Both the position numbers and the translations under genes were made by a program. Positions 1 through 11,328 of a stretch of DNA of 64,000 bases are shown here, in pieces. The first letter of the stretch is position 1, and every line of letters starts with the position of its first letter. The notes beneath the pieces were generated by a model, which was not told where the DNA came from, ran no database searches, and saw only the letters and a program-made list of their open reading frames with translations. The stretch is taken from the NCBI RefSeq assembly GCF_963506605.1, contig NC_083280.1, forward strand, positions 29,078,001 through 29,142,000. Reading direction: 5' to 3'. The DNA comes from Zootoca vivipara. Taxonomy: Eukaryota.

Positions 1-561
1 CTGAACCTGCCAATGCTTTAAGATCATATGGCAAGACTTATTTCGGTTCCTCTACTCGCTGAATTTAGGTAGGCAGTAAATGGGAAATGAGCCTTTTTTC
101 CTTTTCCAGTGAAATCCTATGCAAATCCAGTCAAAAGTACATTCCATTATTTTCAATGGGGTTTACTTCCAGGTAAGTGTATGTAGGATTGCATCCTGTA
201 CACATTTGCCTGGGAGTTTGCTGCATTGAATTAAGTTCAGTGGTAGAACATTTGTCTTTAAATCAGAAAGTTCCAGGTTCAATTCCTGGCATCTCCATGT
301 ACGGCTGAGAGAGGCTTGCTAACTAAAACCCTGGTGAGTTGTACGCTGCCTCTGAATACCAGTTGCTAGAGAACATGAACAGCAGAGTGCAATTGCCCTC
401 ATTCTGCTTGTGGTCTTCTAATAGAAATTTGATAGGCATCTGTGGGAACAGAACCCAGGACTAGGTGGGCCCTTGGTCTAATGCAGCAGGGCTTTTCTTA
501 TTAAATCATTGGGACAAAAATGCCATGTATTAAATTGAGGCCCATTGATTCCAATGGGAAC

Positions 562-1240
562 TTTTTTTAAAAAATTTTTTATAAAAATCTTTATTTCAAT
601 TCTTTAAAACATTACAAAAATATAACAGAAACAAAGGATTTACAAAACGTAATAACAAAAACAAAAAAAGATATGAAAATACCAGAAACAGAACATAGAA
701 ATGAATGATCAAAATAAAACAGAGTTTCATCTAAACTTATACTCAACACAATGCATAGCAAGTATTGTATAAAAAATTTAAATCAAGATGAAATCAAAAT
801 ATAGAAATTTCTTTTAAAAAAGGAAAAGGAAAAAGAAAGGGAAATTTTTTAAAAAATACTTCCGATTGTTCACATATCGCTTCCTCTATCTTTCCCCCCT
901 CTTTACTCGCTTTCTTAAATTCCTTTAATTAAACCACCCACCACAGGTGTACCATCTTCTTTTATCTAACAAGTATCTCTCTTTATACGTTACTTAATTT
1001 AAGCAAATCACCAAATCAGTTTTAATACCTTCTTTCTTCAGGTAGTCCTCTACCAATTTCCACTCGTTCTGGATTTTTTGTTTGGGGGGTAACACGACTG
1101 GACCTGATGGTCAGGGGCCCCTTTACTTTATTCCTTATACCTGCAGTCATTTTAGCTAAATTCATAAATTCTATTATTTTTACTTGCCAATCCTGTACTG
1201 TTGGTACCTCTTCCCCCTTCAAATGGAAATTTAAGGTCAA
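562..1240 (-). mobile_element. L1-clade LINE 3' fragment
   Basis: Degenerate ORF2 C-terminus (EEVPTVQDWQVKIIEFMNLAKMTAGIRN), T-rich 3' UTR, poly-A (poly-T on +). Confidence 0.65.
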
Positions 1241-1828
1241 CCCAGAATTCCTAGGGCAAGAAGTACTCCGGGCAATGCCAACCTATTGTTTCCGGAGCAT
1301 GTGCCAATGTTGTAATCCAAACTGGTAAGACTGTTTTATGCTATTTTACAACTGTTAAGAAAAAGAAAAGAATGAAATGCCAAAACCTGTGATTTGCAGC
1401 TCAGTTTCCTTGTGTGCTTTAGAACAAATAGTTTGGAGATAATTGTAATAGTTGAGGAAATCCCGTGAACAGGAATTTGGAGATCAATTGAGCTTCCCTT
1501 TCAAGCCTTGCCAGTCTATCAGAAGGAAATATTAGTTTAAAACATAAGGAATCCATTATCCTGGATAACTGAGCCTCCAAATGTTGCTTGGTCACAACTC
1601 ACATCACCCTTTGCCATTGGCCACACTGGTTGGAGCTGATGCAAGTTGGAATCTAACAATATCAGGAGGGCCACAAGTTTCCCATCCTTGTTCTAGACTA
1701 TTCAGTGAGGTGTAGCTCAAATAATTTGAATTTTAGAATGCCACCCTCCCATAGCTGGTTTCGTTATGGCTATTTCACTTCCTTTTTCAAGGCTCCATGA
1801 CTTGTTCTTTTCTCCTCCTCCTCCATAG

Positions 1829-1993
1829 GTTTCCCTGGTCCCAAAGGTATATTGGGAGTACAAGGGCCTCAGGGCTTTCGAGGTGACCCTGGTCTCCCTG
1901 CTGTAGCTGACATGGCACCAGGAAGGCCTGGCTCTCCAGGGTTGCCGGGTTTTCCAGGAACACCAGGAAAACAGGGCTTGCCTGGACCACCTG
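1829..1993 (+). CDS. COL4A4: COL4A4 exon ~20 (165 bp)
   Basis: ccatag|GT TTC CCT...CCA CCT G|gtaag; [22 protein letters not shown]... Confidence 0.93.
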
Positions 1994-2041
1994 GTAAGAT
2001 GAGCAAAATACTTTGAACTTGACTATAATTCCACTCATTTC

Positions 2042-2093
<52 letters not shown>

Positions 2094-5000
2094 TAATAAT
2101 AATAATAATAATATTTGTACCCTACCCTGCCCAGCCCGGGTCGGGCTCAGGGGGCTAACATCAAATATGAACTACAATAAAATGTAATAGAAAAAAGAAG
2201 AAGAAAACAACAAACAAATAAACAGTTAATCAAAATACGGCTTAAAATGCTGTATTAAAATGCAGCTTAAAATGCAGCCTCATTTTAGTAGCAGCCCATA
2301 GCAGGGGTGGGCAACTTTGACAGGTGGGCATGACAACCCTTGCCAGTTATGTAATAACCAGATGATTTTTCGGTGCTTGGAAACTGCAGTGCAAGAGGCT
2401 TTGCCAGCCCTATGGTTGGCACTTTGGGAAGCATTGAGCATAGGGTTTGCAGAGCGTTCCTCCACATCAGTTGAAGGGGATCAGATGGAGAGGAAAAAAC
2501 CTTGCATTTAAGTTCAATTCTGCTTAGTCCTGGGCACAAACATGTACAGAATTGAGCCTTGTTCTCCCTCCGATAATCAGCTTAACATCATGAATGACAG
2601 GCATGTAATTGGCAGGGGATTGGCAAGTGGGTGGGGTTTGGGGGGGAAATGGCCTTGTGGACCAAACTGGTTTCCTACCCCTAATATTTAGCAATAGTAA
2701 TTTATCAAGCAATAATAACAGTAATCATTCCGGGTATGGGAGAAGCAGGCTTATTGCCTTCACGATTTGTCTTCAAAATCTGGCTTCCATTTACCCAAGG
2801 TGAAGCAATACCAAGAAAGCACAATCACCAGCAAGGAAGGAGCTTATGAGGGAGGGGCAGAGGCAATGGTAACAGTGCTGCACTCATCAGGGTGGGGGTG
2901 TGCAGGTGGCAGTGAGATCAGGGTTGTTTCAGGTTGGTGGTGGTAGCCCAGCTAATATGCGTGCACCTGCAGGGCCACTGCTGGCCCAGAACTCCCCCAA
3001 TGTCCCCTCCTCACACCATCTTGGTGACCACAGTGCTGCCGCCAAGAAGACTTTGCAGCCTCTGCCTCACTACCCTCATGAGCAGGCACCCCCAAACTGC
3101 GGCCCTCCAGATGTTTTGGCCTACAACTCCCATGATCCCTAGCTAACGAGACCAGTGGTCGGGGAGGATGGGAATTGTAGTCCAAAACATCTGGAGGGCC
3201 GAAGTTTGGGGATGCCTGCTCATGAGTCACCTCTGGAAGAAGCTTTAAGAGGAAGGCACTTCACTGCTTTCCCCTTCCAGTATGGGCCTCCCCCCCCAAA
3301 ACACACACTCATGGTTGCATTGCAATAGAACCTCAGCCAAGGAGAAAGCATCTGGGGGAAAGTTGAGGGAGAAAAGAGACAGGTGGAAAGAAGGGCTAAA
3401 TACCCTCCTCCTCCTCGCTGCTTCTTTATTACAAATAATACCCTCCTACTTTGAAGAAGTGAACTCTGAAGGTGGATTGTGGGAATAGTATTTTGTATGT
3501 TGCCCAACAATCTATCAACCGTATATGGAATATGGGGGGGGGGGGGTATGTCTAAAGGAATCTTTATTTACTCCACTCAGTTTGGTATTGCAGAACTCTA
3601 GTTATGCATAGCAAGTTAGTTCTACAGTTTCAGCAACAATTATTTGAAAACAGTAACATGATTATGTACTATATAATGTAGAATTATTATTATTATTATT
3701 ATTATTATTATTTATTATTATTATTTAGTGTTCCAAGCTTCAGGAGAAATGGAGGAGAGGATTGGTGGGTGGGTGAACATATATCCCCTATTAGGTGGGA
3801 CGTGGGCATCACACTGGCAGTCAAACAAGCTTCTCATAGCTGTCAACTTTTCCCTTTTCTTGCGAGGAATCCTATTTGGAATAAGGGAATTTCCCTTTAA
3901 AAAAGGGAAAAGTTGACAGCTATGAAGCTTCTGCTGATGTAACCATCTGGTCCTGTAGCTGTCTAACAAGTCGGTTCTAAGAATGAGGCCAGGCTGTTTA
4001 ATTTTTTTAAAAAAGAACAGAGGCAATGATAATCAATTGAAACAATAAAATATATCTCTTGTAAAATTTCAAGGTGTGGCTTGTACTGGGAGAGGGTCTC
4101 CTGGACCACCAGGAGCTAAAGGCCAGAAGGGATCCCCTGGAGAAAGAGGTGCAAAAGGAGAGAAAGGCAAGTACATGCATCCCTCACAGAGCAAATGCCT
4201 CATCTCAATCAAATCATGTAATTAAACCATGACTGTCCTTGAGATAAAAACACAAGTCATAATCGCTTTGTGAACTGGCATTATTTGTCTGGTCCAAAGC
4301 CCTGCTTCCTTTGTGCCTATACAGGGAGTGCAAGTAGCTGCTTATGTGGTGCTGGTCCTTGTGGTGCAGCTGGAATACGAGGTCCGCCAGGTGTCCCTGG
4401 AAGAAAAGGAGAAGTAGGGTTACCTGGAAAATATGGAAGAATAGGTGATCCAGGCTTACCTGGTGCAGTAGGGCCACCAGGTTCCCCCGTGAGTAACTTA
4501 TAGGCAATATTTTATATTCTGGCATCCACAGAGTAGATTGATCTTTCCTTATTTCTGAAGATTCAGCTTTTATTTTGTCACATTTTGATGTTAATGTTCA
4601 GGTAGATCACACAATGCAAACTTAAACTGTGGAATTTGCTGCTTCAAAGTGTGGTGATGACCACCAATGCAGATGGCTTTAAAGGGGGGTTCATGGAGGA
4701 TAAGACTATTAAGCACTACCGGTACTAGTTGTGGTGCCTGTGTATAATAGCGGTCGCTGGGGGAAAACCAGCAATAGTGGGCTATTGTGCTCAGGTCCTG
4801 CTTGCAAGTTTCCCATAGGTGGTTGGTCAATGTTGGAAACAGGATACTGGGCGAGATGGGTCTATACTCTGATCCAGCAGGATCATTCTACTGTTCTTGT
4901 CAGTGTGCCATGAGAGCAAATCATTGGGAAAGATCTTGATGAAAGGCTCCTGTGGGAGCAGGATGGGGAAAGCTCATGGTGTCACCCGGACGGTGGCAGA

Positions 5001-8000
5001 GTGACATGTTCCAGCACCCGGAGTGGCAAAGAGGTGGGGGCATGGCTGGCGAGCATCTCGGGGGTGCACGGCGAGCGGTGTGTGTGTGGCTGCAATGGCA
5101 CCCCCTGGGATGGCACCCGGGACATACCACTCCCCCCACCCCCACCTTCGTCCGCCAGTGCACCCGGATAACCTTTGTTGTCAGTTTAAAAAGCACAGGT
5201 TGTGGGATGAGAAAGAGAGCATCACACTCCCATCTTGCTCATCTAATAGATGTTTATTTGCTTTCGGATCTCAGCTATTATTTCAATTGACTATAACTTT
5301 TTTATTTTAACACTTGTAAGGGAATACCAGGTCCATTTGGGTTGACTGGTGAAAAAGGTGATAAGGGTGACCCAGCTAGAATAAGAATAAAAGGTAACTA
5401 TACAACGTACTAAACCCATGAGACTTTTTCCCTTTAAACTTGGGGACTGCTTCCAATGGTATATCCAAATTTTCTATTGCGTGGTGTTTGTGGTGTAGAA
5501 GCTTTGCACATAAGAGCCAACGAATTGCCCTGGGAGTAATAACAGTAGCCATCTGTCTGAAGTTCTTTCTCCAAAGTTATAGTCTGTAAGTGCCATAATT
5601 AGAGTATGTCTTCCACTTCCTTACTTTTATGATCTATCAAATGCAAGGAGCTAGTGCAGTCTGTTCCTTATTCCATGTCCCTCCACTGATCAGTACTCTG
5701 CTTTTTAAGACTCATTGTGAAAAATGCACTACCTAGTTAAAGTGGTACCAACTGTCCTAAGATTCTTGCTTAAGTTTTGTCAAGCATCTCCATTAGCACC
5801 ATCTTTCTATTTTTCTGCTCATCCTAATTCACCATGAACCACTTTTCATTTGAAATGTTCACATTCATCCACTTATTCATCTTATTGCAAGATTTTAGGG
5901 TTGTTATTTTTTAAAAAATAGACTGAATTTGCCCACATTCATCATAGACACCTCAGTAATTTCTTTGGCTAATGCATTCCACAGAAGAGAAGGTTCCTGA
6001 CCTTATGTACTGTAATTAATGGAGAAGCTTATTCCTCCCCCCCCCCCCCCGATTCCTCCTGCATATAATCCTGTACAAATACCAAAACTCAAGCTTCTTG
6101 ACGTTCATTATTTTAAGACTTTTAATATTCTGAACACTAATTAGTAAGAAAGATGCATTTTATCCAAACGCAAAATAGTGTCCTGTAACTTATTGTAAAG
6201 CTGTATTCTTATTGGTTTGCCCAATTTTCTAGCAGTTTGGGGGCATTTCCTAAAACATTCAGGTAGTGTAGCCTTCAACAGCATACATACATACATACAT
6301 ACATACATACATACATACATACATACATACATACATACCGGTATATTGCATACTGACTGTAACATTTCCATAATTTAAAGGGATAAAAGGACAAAGAGGT
6401 CTTCAAGGCGAGCCTGGATTTCCAGGAAGAAATGGCATTGCTGGCAGGAATGGAGAACTAGGACTGCCTGGTGAAAAGGGTTTTAAGGTATACCTGATTA
6501 TTTTGACAGCTGTTTTTCCCTTCATTGTAACAATGAAGAAGTAAACTAACCAGGAGTTTTCTCTCTGCGTGAAAGGGCTGAGAGTTCTGCACAGTTCTTA
6601 TAATGAAAGCCAGCTCATAAACTCAGAATATGCTCAGTGGCACCATGTTCTTTAATTCTAACAGTATGTCTTTTGCACCTGGATGTGGTTGTTAGATCAT
6701 GGGGTTCTAGTGCAAAACTTCCAACATAGCTACAACACTAATAAAACCAACAATAAGGACATGCCCAGCCCAGAAATAAAACATTGATTTAACAAGTCCA
6801 TCATCTGAAAGGAAACATTACTCATGAGTAAGCTGCTGTGAACAAGTGAATCTCAACGCCCTTTTGGAAAACCTGGTGACTTTAAGGGGATCAGCTGGAA
6901 GCGAGTTCAAATAAATTAATTGTGCATTTGTATTCATTGTTTACAGGGGTTTGATGGAAGATCTTTGCCAGGTTATAAAGGATTTCCTGGTTCCCCTGGA
7001 CTTCCTGGCTCAAAAGGGCCAATAGGACCAACGGGTCTTGGAATTCAGGGTCTGCAAGGTGTCCGGGGTCTGCCTGGAAGTCCAGGAAGCCCAGGTATTA
7101 GAGGACCACCTGGCCCAAAAGGTGAAAAAGGTAATGTATATATTTTACATTGAAAAGAGAATACTCTGTTGGTTCAGTTGTTTGGGAGGTTGGGTCAAAC
7201 CAATTGATGGTGTGCAGCCTGGGAGTCATTTTGGACTCACAGCTGTCCATGGAGGCACAGGTCAGTTCTGTATCCTTGGGCAGCTGTCTACCAGCTCCAT
7301 CTGGTATGCAGGCTGAGACCTTACCTGCACGTGGACTGTCTCGCCAGAGTGGTGCATGCTCTAGTTATCTCCCGCTTGGACCTCTGCAATGCGCTCTGCG
7401 TGGGGCTACCTTTGAAGGTGACCTGGAAACTACAACTACTACAACTTATTATTATTATTTCCTTCTAGGTGCTACTCTTCCTTACACAGCAGCATACCCT
7501 GGGAATCCAGGTGCACCTGGTTTTAAAGGTATATCAGGTATGACTACAAAAGTGAAACAAGGTGCTATTCTTTGCACAGAATCTGTTAATGTCTTCAGAT
7601 TATTCAGAATTAACCAGACTTCTGTAATTTAAAGCTTACAGTAATGAGGTGTAGGGTAAGAATTCTCAAGATTTGAAAAGAAACACAAATGCGAGGTTAT
7701 CATAAATGATAGCTAAAAATTAAAACCAGGGCTAGAACCTCCCTAATACTCTACGCAAAAAAACCTTTTGTTTTCCACTGGTGGTGAACCTGGTGGAAAA
7801 AATAAAGTTTGGCATGCTCCTCTTATATGGTTATATCATTTAGATAGTCTCCGGGTGGTACAGCAAGGGAAATCTCTAATATGAGTCTCAGAAGCATTTT
7901 GCCATGGGTTATGGAGCACAACTATGATTAAAAGAAATAAGGGGTCAAATCTGTCTCCGTATTTCATTTGTTTGGCAAAAGCCAAGGGAATGGACTAAGT

Positions 8001-11000
8001 GGTACTTCCTTACAAGTATTATTGTCTTTGGCCAACTTCTGGATAGTCAGAAAACATGGAGATCTTGCTGACTTTCCATTGCAATTGCTTTAGGATAACC
8101 CTTCATCCTGCCAGCTGAATAGCTTGGAACTTCTTATCTCTTAATGTTATCACTTAATATTAATTATTATTTAATGTTGAATTAGAGTTGCTCTTTTTTT
8201 AATGGAGACTTGAATGGCAGAAATTACACGTTGCCAGACAAGGTATGTGCAATTATGCATGATGAGGTAGTGTGAACATGAAACCTATCAGTCCTAAGAA
8301 TGCATTGATCTTGCCTGAAATGTTTTTAAAATTCAACCCCTATATTTATAAAATGGATTTATCTAGGTTTGTTCCACAGAAGGTTTGAAAGCATTGAACT
8401 AAGCTGTGGCACAATCTGTCTATTCAGGCCCGAAAGGATTGAGAGGGCAGCCTGGGCGAGCTGGTCCCAATGGTTTTGATGGCTTCAAAGGCCAACAGGG
8501 CAAACCAGGAATACCAGGGAATCCTGGTCCAGAAGGTAAGTGAAAGAAGGGCAGTGTGTATTCATTTGTTGAATATGGGTATGGACTGATTTTAATATAC
8601 TGTAGTATATTCAGCTTTCTTCTTCTGAGCCTCATGCTTATTGTGCAACTGTAGAACCTGAATGTTGTCAGGTCATTAAATAAAGTCAGTTTTAGAAAAG
8701 AATTGTAGCTCACGTGCTTTCTCTCCAGTGCTTTGCTCCCATTAGATCTTGTTTCCCACAAGATGTAGTGATGGCCACCATCATCATCATCATCATCATT
8801 TGATTTGTATGCCACCTTTCCACAGTTAAAACAATGCTCAAGGCAGCGTACAACATGACAAGATTTACATAATTACCAACAAAACAAAAGGCATAAACAA
8901 TAAATAAAACACATCAAAAGGTACATAACCAGATGCAAAACATTTCCACATAAATCATAAAATCTGAAAACTAAAAATCAAAATACGGCTTAAAATACAG
9001 CTTAAAATGCAGCCTCATTTTAGTAGCAGCCCATAGCAGGGGTGGGCCAACTTTGACAGGTGGGCATGACAACCCTTGCCAGTTATGTAATAACCAGATG
9101 ATCGTTAGGTGCTTGGAAGCTGCAGTGCAAGAGGCTTTGCCAGCCCTATGGTTGGTATTAGTTAATATCAACATTAATATCAATAACAATTTAAAATGAC
9201 ATAGGTAAAAAATAAAAACAATATTTAAAAAGGAGCCCTCTCTGTCAAGGTAGCAGCAGCAGTCCTTTATGGACCTTGTCAGTCCCCGCCCCAAGCCAAC
9301 TTGAATGACTTTAAGAAGGAATAAATAAATTCATGGAGAACTATTGGTGGCTACTACCCATGATAGCTATGTTCTACCTCCACTGTTTGAGGCAGTATGT
9401 TTCTGAATACCAGCTGCTGATAACCAGTTGGAAAGAGATTCAGGTTCCATATATGGGGTTCTCATGGGCATCTGGTTGGACACTGTGAGAACAGGATTGC
9501 TAAACTAGATGGGTCTTTGGCATAATTCAGCAGCACTCTTCTTATGTTTGTTGAAACCAGTCAGGAAGCAGATCTTAAACCTCTGACTGAGGCTCTGAAG
9601 AGCTGGTTTGAGACACATTTCCCAGTAGTGATTCAGGTCCCAGACTGCTATAGCCTAAAATATCTCATCAGGTTAGAAACCTGCACTAAATAAAGAGGTA
9701 TATTAATCCAGGCCAGGGTAGCAAATGTAGTACGCACCTCTGCAATATGCCATCAGCCCCAGCACAGCAAATGGGTCGGGTTGGGGATGGTAAAATCAGC
9801 TATCCCTGGATTAATGTGACTCCAAATACTGACAATCTCCACTTGCTCTCAGTTAAATTGTTTTGAGTGTTTGCAATACTTAGAATGAATTCAAAGGGAT
9901 AAGGTGAACACACAGAGGACAGATCTAACAGCCATAATGGAAAAATTCAGTCTCCATGTTCACAGGCAGTTGAGTTGGCATCCCTCTGTCTTGGTAGACA
10001 ATGGAGGAGTGTGCCTTTGGTGGTGAAATCAAACTGTTGGAAGGATACAGCATCTGCTGCGGCTGTAGATACTGCTACGGGAAAGACATGTTTCGTTGCA
10101 GCTGGGGCAGATGAAGACCATGCACCATGGCATTTCTTCTCTCGGCACTCTTCCCAGTGGTCATTCCTCCTCTGGTCACTGCTACGAATGCACAACCTAA
10201 CTGCCTGACTCCAGGTCATACATTCACAGACAGAGTATGCCACTGAGATCAGTTCCTGGGTGCAAACAATGAGGAGGAGCTACTGTCTTCATGCCTCATT
10301 ATGACCTCATAGGTGTCTGATTGGCCACTGGGGGAAACAAGCTGCTGCACTATATGGATCTAGGAAAAGCTCTCTTTACATTCCTATTTCACAAATGATA
10401 GCATTACAAGTTGAAATTAAACAAGTTAAGCAAATGATCCTATGTCATCTGGATTTCATTATTCTCCAGGTTTCAGGGGTGAGACTGGTGATCAAGGTGC
10501 ACAAGGTGAAAGTGGTCCAAGGCTGGATGGTGCTCCAGGGTTGCCAGGTCCTCCTGGCCTTGAAGGTCCAAAAGGCATTTTAGGTGACAACAGTTATGGT
10601 CCTCCAGGAATTCCAGGCAACAGAGGTCTTCCCGGTTTACCAGGCCTGCAAGGCTTAAGAGGTGAACCAGGTTTTGCTGGGCTTCAAGGTATGATGCCTA
10701 TTTGTGCATGATTTATCTTATCCTTTTTGGATTTGTTACTGATAATTGGCTGACTATAAGCTACTTCTCCCCCAAAATATATTTCTGTAGGAGAAAAATA
10801 TAAATAGCTCAATCAATAATGCCTGATCTGACTGTACCAGTTACCGATTTGTTTCCGTGCCCAATTTAAAATGCTGGTTTTGACTTATATAGCCTTAATT
10901 GGCTCAGGACTGCAATATCTAAAGGACTGCCTCTTTCTATACGAACCTACCCAGACCCTGGTATCATATTTCGAGGCCCTTCTTAGGTTTAGAGGGTGGC

Positions 11001-11288
11001 AACAGAAGAACGGACCTTTTCTGTGGTGGCTCCCCATTTGTGGAATGTTCTCCCGAGGGAGGTTCGCCAGGCACCTTCATTATACACCTTTAGACGCCAG
11101 GCAAAAAAAAGTTCCTCTTTAACCTGTCCTTTAGCTGATTAACATCCAATGCCCTTTTAAAATGTGTTGGGAGGGGGTTATTGGGTTGCTTTTGTTTTTA
11201 TTTTGTGTATTTCATGTTTTTATATTGTAATTTTATCTTGTGAACTGCCCTGAGACTTGCGGGTATACGGCGGTATATAAATTTAATA

Positions 11289-11328
<40 letters not shown>

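Noticed and set aside
1787-2093. Minus-strand Pro/Gly-rich ORFs (also 8420-8815, 15009-15206, 15833-16024, 24918-25112)
   Set aside because: These are antisense mirrors of Gly-Pro codons in COL4A4 exons; the poly-Leu comes from the (AAT)n repeat.
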